NCBI GenBank assembly: GCA_964247055.1 | Contig: OZ176052.1 | Location: forward strand, 2,356,001-2,420,000 | Reading direction: 5' to 3' | Origin: Paragordius varius | Lineage: Eukaryota > Animalia > Nematomorpha | DNA: 64,000 nucleotides | In this document: positions 40,596 through 51,700 of the stretch, piece by piece | How positions within the stretch are numbered: the stretch's first letter is position 1 | How the letters are laid out: every line of letters begins with the position of its first letter | The notes under the pieces: generated by a model | Told to the model about the DNA's origin: nothing | What the model saw: only the letters and a program-made list of their open reading frames with translations | Databases searched by the model: none | Made by a program: the position numbers and the translations under genes

Positions 40596-41706
40596 TACAA
40601 TAAAAATCTTTTAAAGAATATTTTATCCATAGAGGCAGAATAGCTACTAAAGTAAATGCAATATACCAGTGATTTATCGTAGAGTGCAATATTGTATTTA
40701 ATATATATGAATATATTTAATAAATTTTATTAACTTACATTATTTGAAAAATCTTTTTTAATATAAATATGAAAAATAATAATTTTATATAACAGTTTAT
40801 TGATTTTAAATAGGGTTTAAGGATAAGTATTATTTCAAAAAATGCCATTTGTTAATTTAAATCTTACTAAATTCACAAATAATAATAGGTTGTGGATACA
40901 ATAGGTAAATGATAAAAATTTATTCATTCATGCTATGTACATAACAACATTTATGAGTTTTCTTGTGCCATAAAAATGTGTCAATGAAAATTTTGTATCT
41001 AATAATTTCATTTATAGATATTAAAATAATCAATATATATATATATATATATGGATGTTGCTTTTAAAAATCAATCAATAAAAAACACAATAATATATTT
41101 GATTGCTAAGATTCTATATATCATTATGAATGCGTCAATGTTTAAAAAGTGCTAATTAAAAATTACGAAATACTTAGGCATAAATAATTATGTACATTGA
41201 TTGATATTATGGGGGAAAAGTGTGAATATAAATAAGTGACTAGTTAATTTAAGAAAAAGATCTATGGTCAAATCTAAAACAAATTTTATTACACTTTCAT
41301 TTTCCAAACCGGATAAATAAGGCGACTTAAAGTTGCGCCAATTTTGGACAGCTCCTCGAATGAAATTTTGTGACAGGGGTAAACTTTGTTGAGTTCAATT
41401 ATAGCATCATTCTATAGAATCCAAAAATTTATGTTTTATATATCGGATAAAAAAGTTTTTTTAAACCTTATATTTGAATTATAATCTCCAAAAATGTTGA
41501 GAACGTAAGTTTTAGTAAAATGGTTTGCCTTCCAAGTTCATCGCTTGAAATTTGATTTTTTTAAAATAAACTAACAGACATCTTGTGAGTATGATTTAAT
41601 AAGATTGGTATATTTAAAAAATAAGTTATCCAATTTAAATTCTATTTTATTGCGGTTATGATTCTTTGTAATTGAGTGCTTATGATTTCCATTCCATTTT
41701 TTAAGT

Positions 41707-42653
41707 TTAGATAAAGGGGATTAAAGCCCACAAAAATAGAACATAGCGTTTAAATATTAGCATAAAAATAATTATAATAATGATAAAAAAACAAAAAATT
41801 GAATTAAAATTTGAAAAATAACAATAATTTTTTTTAAAAATCAGCTTTTCAAGCTTCAATAACGGTTGGCTAAACGGTTTGATTTCGGTCATATAATTTA
41901 GGATAAAGAAAGAAAATCTTAATTAACTAAATTTAAAATATACTCTAAAAATTTTATCATCATAATAAAATATGTGGCCTTTAAATGAGATTATATTCCG
42001 TGTATCAAATGGAACACCCAATTTGCGATACTTGAATGAGCTCTGAGTTTCAATTTGCTAAAATTAAATTTAAATCAAACTTTTAACAAATAGGTATGAT
42101 TTTTTAAGTTCGTGTTATAAATTAATAATTGTAGTTCAGGTAAAAAATTTAAACATTCCTTTAAATTATCAAGATTCGGAGACATTTTTACCAAAGAACA
42201 AGAAAAATCAAATAGTTGGGCAATGTTTTGGGCTTCTGATAGGCAATAATTGCCTTTATAACCAATAAACAATTCGCTACCTAGATATAAAATAATAAAT
42301 TTACCGGAAAATAAAATGTTATCTGATACAAATAAATCAAAACTGTGAAGATGTAGATTTAAATCTTTACTTAAGATCGATTGAAAATACTGCATTTTAT
42401 ATAATGTATTAACTTTATCAGCCAAAGAGGATAAAATACATATGTTGTCAATAGTGAACCCATAATCTCCAGTGAGGGATAAACATATATTATCATTTTC
42501 TGGTGCCAATTCGATTATATCCAAATCAAATTTTCTTAATATAGCAATGTATTCGTTAAACTCTGAGTGTAATTGATTGTTAATATCGATAGATGATTCC
42601 AAAATAATGTTTTTAGGGAACCTTCTAACCACGGCGTTACAAAACCGATACAT
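41707..42653 (-). CDS. DDAH-like (dimethylarginine dimethylaminohydrolase family) protein, strongly divergent; last exon uncertain
   Basis: Exons 42653-42305, 42280-42081, 42057-41944, then an uncertain terminal exon within 41917-41707. Matches to DDAH1: NAVVRRFP~HAVVRALP; YIAILRKFDLDIIELA~YVGVLGSKLGLQVVELP; LFSG/SELFIG~LFTG/REFFVG; KYRKLGVPFD~RYDKLTVPDD; KGHIF~KGHVL; LEKL~LEKV. Confidence 0.75.
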
Positions 42654-43122
42654 CGACCCATCGTTTACTCACAATCATAAAACCAGCCTTAATATAAAAT
42701 ATTTTAATATTCACATGCAAAGATTTTATCAAAATGAGTCGTTATGCAAAAATAATAACAATTTTCAAGTAAAATTTTTCAGCAATTTAAGTGATACCTA
42801 AAATAATATAAAAATCATATAAATGAGATTAAGAACAAACATTATGCAAAAACAACTTTCATGTAGGTATTCCCTTCAACATGTGCAAACTGATTTTTTC
42901 GCTTAAAAAACGTTTCTCTATCACGCAGATATTGTTAATTTTTGCCTTTAATCAAATTATTTTAACTTCTCTCGCTGTTCAAAACCTTATCTCTAATTCC
43001 TATAATTTATGATTGCATTTTTATTTAATCATAAACCAAGATCTTTCCATCCCTAAGGTAGGGTTTTATTATTAATATAGCCTTGTATTTTTAATAATTA
43101 CTTTCATTTTCATCAGATATCA

Positions 43123-45425
43123 ATGCCTAAACTCAGCGGTTACGCAAATAGAAAACGAATCCAGGAAGAGAATAAACAAATAAAATGCGAATTACTATGA
43201 AATCTTATTTAAGGATAATATTTGATAATATTATAAAAAGTGTATGCGACACAAACATAACGGTGCCCCTTAATAAAAAAAAATTAAATAGACCTGAAAC
43301 ACCTATTATTGATCAATAAATAGAAATGAGAAAACTAAAAATATACTATTTGTAATTCCAGCGCTATACCTAGAGAATGTCACCTATTTAAAATTAACTA
43401 ATAATAATGTTCCCGTAATATCAATCAACTTCGCACAGAAATGATTATTCGTGGATCTCAATGAAATGAAAATAAATGCAATCTCTTTGAAACAAAAAAT
43501 CATCGTTCAATGCTCCAATCTTGGTTTTTTCGACGTGTCGGTAAAAAATAATCATGTGAAGTTGAGAGGTCTTGATATTCACCAAAGAACAGATATGCGT
43601 ATTGTTTTTGTTGCCTGCTTTTTGATCGATCTAATTCTTCATCATTTATTATAACTTCGCATGGTTTCAATAAATGGAGCAAAAAAGATAAAAAAAAATC
43701 CATCATAAAATAGCCTCAATCACCGGAAAGCATTTACTGCTTGAAGAGGCAGAAAGAAGATTGATAAATAAAACAGGAATTGATTCTGCTCTAGAAGCTC
43801 ACATACAATCGGAAAAGAATCGATGGCGAAATATTTTACATTGAATATTGGCCCGCATAAAATTTCTAATCACCCAATATCTCCATTTTCGAGGACATGT
43901 TGAACATTTAATGTATCTAGATGACTCAGCACCAAATCCTGGAACCTCTTATCTTTACTAAAACTTGCAGCTCAGTTTCACCCAATAATGGGAGAACACA
44001 TGAATGACATTGACTCTCCTAACACATTCTATGTTTCACCCAAAATCAAAAACAAGTTTATACATCTTTTATTTTCAAGAGTTAAAGCTAAATTGATCGA
44101 TGACATAAAAAGTAAATATTATAGACTTATATATGATTCAACGCCAGATATAGCCCACCGAGAACAAATTTCTCAATTTATCAGTTATGTGTTCATTGAT
44201 TATTTGAAAGAGAAAGTTGTGATAAAAGAACTTTTTTAATTTTTTTCAGTTAAACAAAGATGCAATGTCAATTGAAAAGGTAATTTTAGAAAATCTAAAT
44301 ATGGATAATAAGTTATCAAATTGTAGATCTAATGCTATGATAATGCAGATGTGATGTCGTCACATTTCAAGCATTTAACAAAGGATACCTGAAAAAAAGA
44401 GCAATATTTGTCAACTGTGACAATGATTCCTTGAATTTAGTAGGAGTCACGGTAACAATTTCGGAATAATTGAAAATATCTTTCTTTTTTTCACCTTCAG
44501 TATTAGATGAGACCTATTAATAAATAAACAAAAAAAACTGTTAAGCATGAGTCGAAACCCGATGGAGTGCTGGAATTCAAGCAGTTAATGCCATTGTTGA
44601 GGGAATAGATTATTTAATGTTTAGAAGATTTTAGTAAAAATACTTCAAATACTAGTGAAACAAGAAGTGAGGCATAAGTTTAGCTTCAGAGTGTTTTAAA
44701 TTTTAATTTTTTAACATTTTTTTTGTCTGGCATTAAATATACCATTTGCACTTCAAGAGTGTCCTTGAACACTTCAAGTTGGTCCTTGAACAGTTCAAGT
44801 TGGTCCTTGAACATTTCAAGTTGGTCCTTAAACAATTCAAGTTGGTCCTTAAAAATTATAAATTTTGATTTAACCATAATTTTTGTTATTTTTCTATTAA
44901 ACCACTTTTTTGTTTCAAACTATTTTAAATGAACAAAATTATTGACTTTTAAATGTTTTTAATGAAAAATTATAATTAATAACCCAGAAAACTTATATAT
45001 TTTTTCCTTTCGTGTTAAATGAATATTCAAAATTATTTTAAGAAATTAATATATACGGTTTTTCAAAGATTAAAAGTTGATATCGATTTAAAATTTATGT
45101 TAAATAATAGAAAATAGTTTAAAAACAATAATATAGATGATCTATTAACGATTTGATTGATAAAAGTTAAAAACAAAACAAAAAAGTCAAAGGAGAAACT
45201 TGAAGTGTTCAAGGACCAACTTGAAGTGTTTAAGGACACTAAGTGCAATTGGTATACATAGAAGAATCGATAGGGTTTAACATAGATTGCAAGATCCTAA
45301 AAATAATTTTAATGAAGCATTTAAAGACATTTAATCCTTAACTATTGAATTATCAAATATTCGGAAAGGATTGGGGGCATCAGAGTTTTATGCCCCGGGC
45401 GCCGCAAATGCTCGGTACGCCACTG
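43123..45425 (+). mobile_element. Decayed hAT-superfamily DNA transposon (DUF4371/ZMYM1-like transposase remnant) with right TIR
   Basis: Broken ORF fragments: MPKLSGYANRKR (43123), GIDSALEAHIQSEKNRWRNIL, HFRGH, LAAQFHPIMGEH..YVSPKIKN..YDSTPDIAHREQISQFISYV; many stops and frameshifts. Right end ...GGTACGCCACTG (reverse complement CAGTGGCGTACC) ends at 45425. Left TIR not found. Confidence 0.75.
44740..45254. mobile_element. MITE family A variant with 21-bp tandem subterminal repeats, nested in the hAT remnant
   Basis: TACCATTTGCACTTCAAG ... AAGTGCAATTGGTA; about five units of CASTTCAAGTTGGTCCTTGAA at about 44749-44850, with inverted units near 45190-45240. Confidence 0.7.
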
Positions 45426-46679
45426 ACGGTATAAAACAATTTAAGATACGTAAAAACACTCTTTCTATATAATAAATGATGATAAACTTTTCTATCACTT
45501 AAGAATTTTGATTTTGTTCGCCTTTAAATTTATGATAAATCTAAATTGAATTTAAATTATGTTTGGCGCTGAACACAAGTTTTAAGTTTCTGAAAAATGC
45601 TTTCTAAAATTAAAATATGGAAAATTCTAATAGTTTTAAATGGTAATTATTTAAAATATTCGCTTTCTCCTACCATGTGCCGCTGGCAGCAAATCGAAAC
45701 AATATTTAAAAATGTAATAATCGGGTATATTTGATTGTTTTAAAATGAATAAAAAATAAAGAACCTGTTTCCTAACAAATATAAAACACATATGAAGGTG
45801 CGCTAACATATATGATATATCGTATAATACATCGGGATAATCTATTTTTACATTAAATTTTTCTTTTTGAGATAAGATAGACACAACTAGGTATATTACG
45901 ATATTTGTAAATTTCATTTGACGCTTTCATAATTATCGATTGGCTCTAATCTTTTGCACAAAAAATTTTTTTATTATTTGTATTTCTAGACGTTGGGCGG
46001 AAATTTGGTCCACAACGTGATTCTATAGCCGCCTAAGAGATTTTATGACCCGTAAAATATAAAGCAAATTAACACAATAATTTCTTTCCAAATAATTACA
46101 TTTTATTAATTATATTTTTTAAGGCTCATCAATTTTTTAAAACTAAACAAACGGTAAACACAACTATATTACCGATTGTGGTTAAAACTCGTCCAATTCA
46201 AACTACAGTTTGTATCACACTTTTCAGATTTCCCTATTTTAAAGCATTTATGATTGAATATTAAAAATCAGATAAGTTTGCTACGCTTATATTTTTCATT
46301 CTTCAGGGAATTGTATGGAGCGAAGGTAGTGTAAGGTGGCGCTTTCAGAATAATCAATAGTTGATGTTAACAGCTGTATATAAGAATGAATTTTATATTT
46401 TAATTTAAATCTTGTTCTAAATAACTATGAATATTTAAGTATAAAGAAATTTTGTTATTCCAACAATCATATGATTATTGAGTTATGCCCTAGGCTCCTC
46501 TATAAAATTGTGGATAATAAAAGGGTCTAGTGTAATTACAAATATATCTTTGTTCACCAATTATTTATTGGGTAATTAATATGTGTAGGCTGAAAGATAT
46601 AAGGAAGCAGTGCCAAAAGGTTAGAAAAGTCCTAAATATACATAATGTGAATCATCGAAATTCGCTCAATTAAGTAAAA

Positions 46680-47540
46680 TATATAAAAGTTGTTGTCTTT
46701 CTGCGGTTTTCGATTAGCCGCAACATTGAAAATATATCTTCTCCACTTAATGCGTATACCAGATCTAGCGTTTAGTTCGGCTAATGTTTGGTTTGTTTCT
46801 TGGAATATGTTATCCATCCAGCGAGTTCTTCTTCGTCCTCTTTTACGAGCACCAATCACTTTTCCAAGCAGTAAGAGAGTTTTTGGCGTATTAGGCTGCC
46901 AAGTAGGGATATTTCGTATTAATTTTGTTCAAAATAGTAGAGTTGGCCATTTTATTTGACCATTTCGTTTAGAGAAGTTTCTTCCATACTCATAGTTCAA
47001 AAAAATTAATTAATTAGTCATATTTTATCAATGTCCAGCTTTCACATCTATATAGTATAGGGGTTACTAATGCCTTGATCAATCTAATTTTGGTTTTTAA
47101 TTCGATATCATGCGACGAACAAATCTGTTTGAAAGTAAATAATTTTGCGTAATTTATGAGGTAAAGTTGTTCTTATTACAGATGAAATAAGTGTAGTACG
47201 GTTTCAATCGGATTTCCGTTGATGATTATTGAGTTAATTGTTTGAGCTGGATTGATTTGTAATACTTTTGTTATTTAAAGTTAATTTTTCCGTATTTGCC
47301 ATTGATTGTAAAAAATTGGAGAATTTGCGATAAAATGCCGATACTGTTCGCAAAAATTCTGTTATCTGCATAATAAACGGAGGCAAGCATCCGACGTTAA
47401 TCAGAAGTTTCTGGCAGATTTATTAGTACGCATATGGGCGTTAAAAGAATTCGTGCAAAATCGTAGCCATGACGCAGGCCGACTTGCACCTCACATGAAT
47501 CAGTTATACCGTGAGCTGCAGTTACTATAGCAGTGGATTT
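46680..47540 (-). mobile_element. RTE-type LINE 3' fragment (older, degenerate)
   Basis: GARKRGRRRTRWMDNI motif; similar to 60055-60960, including a decayed GxxQGCxLSP region. Confidence 0.75.
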
Positions 47541-47739
47541 TAAGCATAATGTGAAGATTACGTTGATTATATAGAGTTATTTTAGGGATATTTGTACTTT
47601 ATTGTGTTAGATGGATTCAAATGCTTTGGAAAAGTCAACAAAGCACATGTGCAGTTCTTTATTGAATTCTATATGTTTCTCTAGTATCCACCACACATTG
47701 CATATCATATCTCGGCATCCTCCTCCTTTTCAAAAACCA

Positions 47740-47890
47740 GTTTGTTATGGTATAGTAGGTAGGGCGCCGGACTCTTACACTCCGTGCAAGAGTTCGACCC
47801 CGAAACCACGCAATTTTTCCATCATCACTGTCAGCCCTGGGCAGGCGAGTGTTTAAAGGCCTCCACATGTCCGAATACAATTTAAGTCCT
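47740..47890 (+). ncRNA. tRNA-Lys(CTT)-like Pol III unit: tRNA pseudogene or tRNA-derived SINE head
   Basis: A-box-like TGGTATAGTAGG (47748-47759), anticodon-arm-like GGACTCTTAC, B-box AGTTCGACCCC (47791-47801), T5 run at 47814-47818. The acceptor stem pairs poorly, so it is probably not a functional tRNA. Confidence 0.5.
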
Positions 47891-48751
47891 CACCCTTTAA
47901 TAAAAAGGAAAAAAAGAGATTCTAATAAACTGTATATTATTTTAATTTTATTTATCGTGGATATCTCCGCATCAAGAAAGGTATTTAGTCAAACCTGTAT
48001 TATTTTTAGGAAATCTTTCGATACCTGGTTAATGAGATAAGGGTAGGGTAATTATACCGTACCTTTTCCTCTCGATTAATAAACATGTTTTTACATGAAC
48101 GAAAGGGGTGCTACATAAAAAAAGTACCCATAGTAAAAATATCTAATCTATGTCTGTAAATTGTATTATAGGTATATTTTAATAATATATGGTTATTTTG
48201 GCTAACTTTTTTAGTAATTATAATTTATAGTTAATAACATTCTTGTATATGTTACAATACCTTATGAATATAACTAAATTATATTTACAATAAAATGATT
48301 GCTATATCTGTATTAATTATATTCTATAGAATGGATGGATTACAATGTAAATATATTATATATTTTTATACAGTATAAATAAGTATATATTGCTGGAAAG
48401 TTATTAATTATTACCAAATAGCATATACAAGAAAAGGCAGTATTATTAGCTTTCATTTCTTTTTCACTTTTTATTATTAGCCAATAATAATTCTCTTTGT
48501 TGCATATGCTATTTGGCAATAATTAGTAACTTTTCTAACAATATATACTTACTCGTATTCTATATATATAATTGGGACATGTTAAATTTGAGCAATATTA
48601 AATGGTTAAACAATGTTTTAAAATAGTTTAAGCTTGCATAGTTAGAATAAAATATGTCATAATAAGGGAAGGGTAAGACAAAGCTAATAAAGGCTGACTA
48701 GTGCATAATTTATCACAAAATAATAAGTAATACATGAAATAATTGTTAGTA

Positions 48752-51700
48752 TCATTCAACCGGTTTATACAGTAATGTGGTGACATATTTTTTATTGTGT
48801 CTGTGGGTACAACTCAAAACCATAACATTGTCCTGTACAATGATGTTAATAAATATTAAAAAAACATATAAGCATAAATTTGTATTTTCAGAAAAATATA
48901 TTTAATTATTTGGTTTGTATTGGACCAAATTTTTAATAAGTCAGTCCTGGTATCAAAATACTTTTTAAGTACACCAATGAAAAAGTATTATATAATTATA
49001 TTATGGCTGAAAAGGTTAATATATAAAAGATTTATAAAAAAATATTTTATTTTTTTAAAAAAATACATATAGCAAACCATAATTCCAATCCGTTATAAAA
49101 ACTGAATTCCGTATAAAAAAAACGTCGTAAAAATGTGTTATACAACAAAAAACATTCGTTAGCTAAAAATATGATTAATCTAAATCTTTCCTTACCCTTT
49201 GCTCAAAATAAAAGAACCGTTAAAAATTTGATTAAAAATTTCCAAATTAATGAGGAAAAAACCTTGAAACAACAACTTTCTCAAAGTTTAAGTTAAGTGC
49301 ATAAAAAATAATTACCTTAATACTCAAGGCATATAAATGGTTGACCATAACGTGATTTGGTTCAGGCAAGAGTTCAGGTTCGAAATGGTAGGGGATATTT
49401 TGATTAAGTATGACTTGAAGTAATTGAGGAGGTAAGATGGGTGGCCCACTTGGACCGCTATTGCGTGACCTTTCCCCACAAGATCTAGAATGATGTTCCG
49501 TGTGAGAACAACTACTGTTATCATGAGATGAGCCAAATAACCGATCCCAATCAACGAGTAGCCGTGTACTTGGAATATCTTGACTATAACCTATAGCCAT
49601 ACATACATACAGACATTTCGTAATGTGTAAACTTTTGTAAAACGTTATGTGTATACGAAAATAATCGGAAATCATTTTTTTTCGGAAAAATTGATTATAA
49701 CATATATATAAGGATATAAAAATTTATCTTAATGAGTATTTATACGGATTTAATTTTTGGAAAAATAAAATTATATATGGATATTGAAAATTTATATTAA
49801 TGAGTATTTAAACGGATTTAATTTTTGGAAAATCATGACAAAAAACCTTTAAGTATAGTACATAAATGAAAATTTATTTGATCCAAATGAGTATTTATAC
49901 GGATAAAATTTAAGGTAATGATATATCTTGACTATAACAAAGGTATATAATTTTATACATCGGTGTATCTCCGTAATGAGTAAGGTTGTGCATTATGACT
50001 GTGACGGTTTAAGAAAATAACTGGTCAAAAACGTTTTAAGATGTGTAATTAAAAAAATGTTTATCAAATTTAATAGATTGTCATTATTAATGAAGATATT
50101 GAAACGAATCAACAATTAACCTTAATTCGTTTAAATTATTTTATTTTACATTTGTGGTATTGATGACGCATATGTCCGCAAAAGACTCCATTTAAATATT
50201 AATTCCACTGCTTACAATACTATAAATTATATTTTATACATGTGACTTGAAACATTTGACAACAAAGTGTGATTAAATATATTGCATCCCTGAAATTAGT
50301 TTTTTATAATTTGGAGGGCCGTTAACTATGTTTAAAATATCACCCCTTCATGGTTTATACAATCCGTTTTGATAACCACCTATTTTAGGTTTAGATTTAT
50401 AAAAAGGTGGTTGTAAAATGTGCACATTTAATTACCCTTATCATCCAAATAATTTAAATGCGAATGTGGAGAAACGAATTGATTTGAACCGGAGGACGAG
50501 TCTGATGAACGACCAGATGAATCGTGACCAGCTGATGTGGAAGCTAAATCGTCTGCCAGAGCATCGAAAACTTCAAAATCCGATTTTTTTACTTCTATCA
50601 CATTATTTTTGCTCCCAAACGCATTCTCTATCACTGGCTAAATAAAGTAAATTTATATTGCTATTTATTTATTTATATTGCCATGCCAAATTGCATATAC
50701 AGAGCAAAGAGCATCATTATTGTCAGTAAAAAGCGAAAAAAATAACTATATAGACCAATAATATTGCCCTTTGCTTTATATACTTGCTATATGGCATTAA
50801 TTTATAAAAAAACTACAATGTAAACTTACTCATACTGTATAATATATACATACGAGTAAAAATTAATATTTTTTGTAAAATGTATGGCTACTCAAAACTG
50901 ATTTAATACAATAAAATATGGAGTAATGAAATTATTTAAATATTATTATCAATGATTAAGCACATTTCAAACTAGCATATAAGCATTTCTCTTAAAATTT
51001 GAAACTGAAAAATACAAAACTAAAAATTTATTTTGAAATAAGTAAAGATTAAGGTTAGGTAAAATAGTATTTAGTCTTTTTTGATAGAAAAGTACCATTC
51101 TTTCATCATAAGCCCAATTATCATCAACTAAAAATTTGTATTCGTGCTTCCCTTCCGGAATTTCGACTATGGTTGCAAATTGTTCATCACTATAAAACGC
51201 AAAAAATATTTGATAATTATAAAGTATCAAATATAATAAATTTGCACAAAATATAGATTGTCAGTTTATAATAGCTTATTTGAATCGGTTAGCATCGGTT
51301 AAATAATTTTGAAATTAACAATTATATATTTTTATATTAAAAAAATTCCAAATACACCAATTAAAAATTATGGTCGTTAAAAATAGGCTAAATAAAATAA
51401 TAATTTGGGTATACATAATTATAAAATGTATTGTTATATTAAAAATATATTGGAATATATACCATTTACAATTCAAATTCACCCTTGAACAATTCAAATT
51501 TACCTCAAACAATTCATATTCCCCCTAAAAATCGGGATAATAGAACTCATCATTAATATGAAATATATTTTTACGACATAGTTTAATATTATTTCAGCAT
51601 TATATTAATTTTAAACAATTTCATATTTTAAAAATATTATAAAATAAAGTAAATTTTTAATCTTAAAAAACACATAATTTATTTTTAGGGTGTTATTAAA

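Noticed and set aside
42390-42413. Another 24-nt GT..AG segment in the DDAH-like ORF (GTTAAT...ATGCAG)
   Set aside because: The unspliced reading fits DDAH1 spacing better (18 vs 17 aa) and the position does not match the intron I recall there.
44749-44850. CRISPR-like appearance of short direct repeats (also in family A copies)
   Set aside because: No unique spacers, eukaryotic context, and the repeats lie inside TIR elements.
44686-44932. ORFs with 7-aa periodicity (KDQLELF; SWSLNSS)
   Set aside because: Translation artefacts of the 21-bp subterminal repeat of a family A MITE.
45651-45917. 88-aa minus-strand ORF with hydrophobic start and G-RRKR end (neuropeptide-precursor-like)
   Set aside because: Composition is typical of random AT-rich ORFs, nothing follows the cleavage site, and no homology was recognised.
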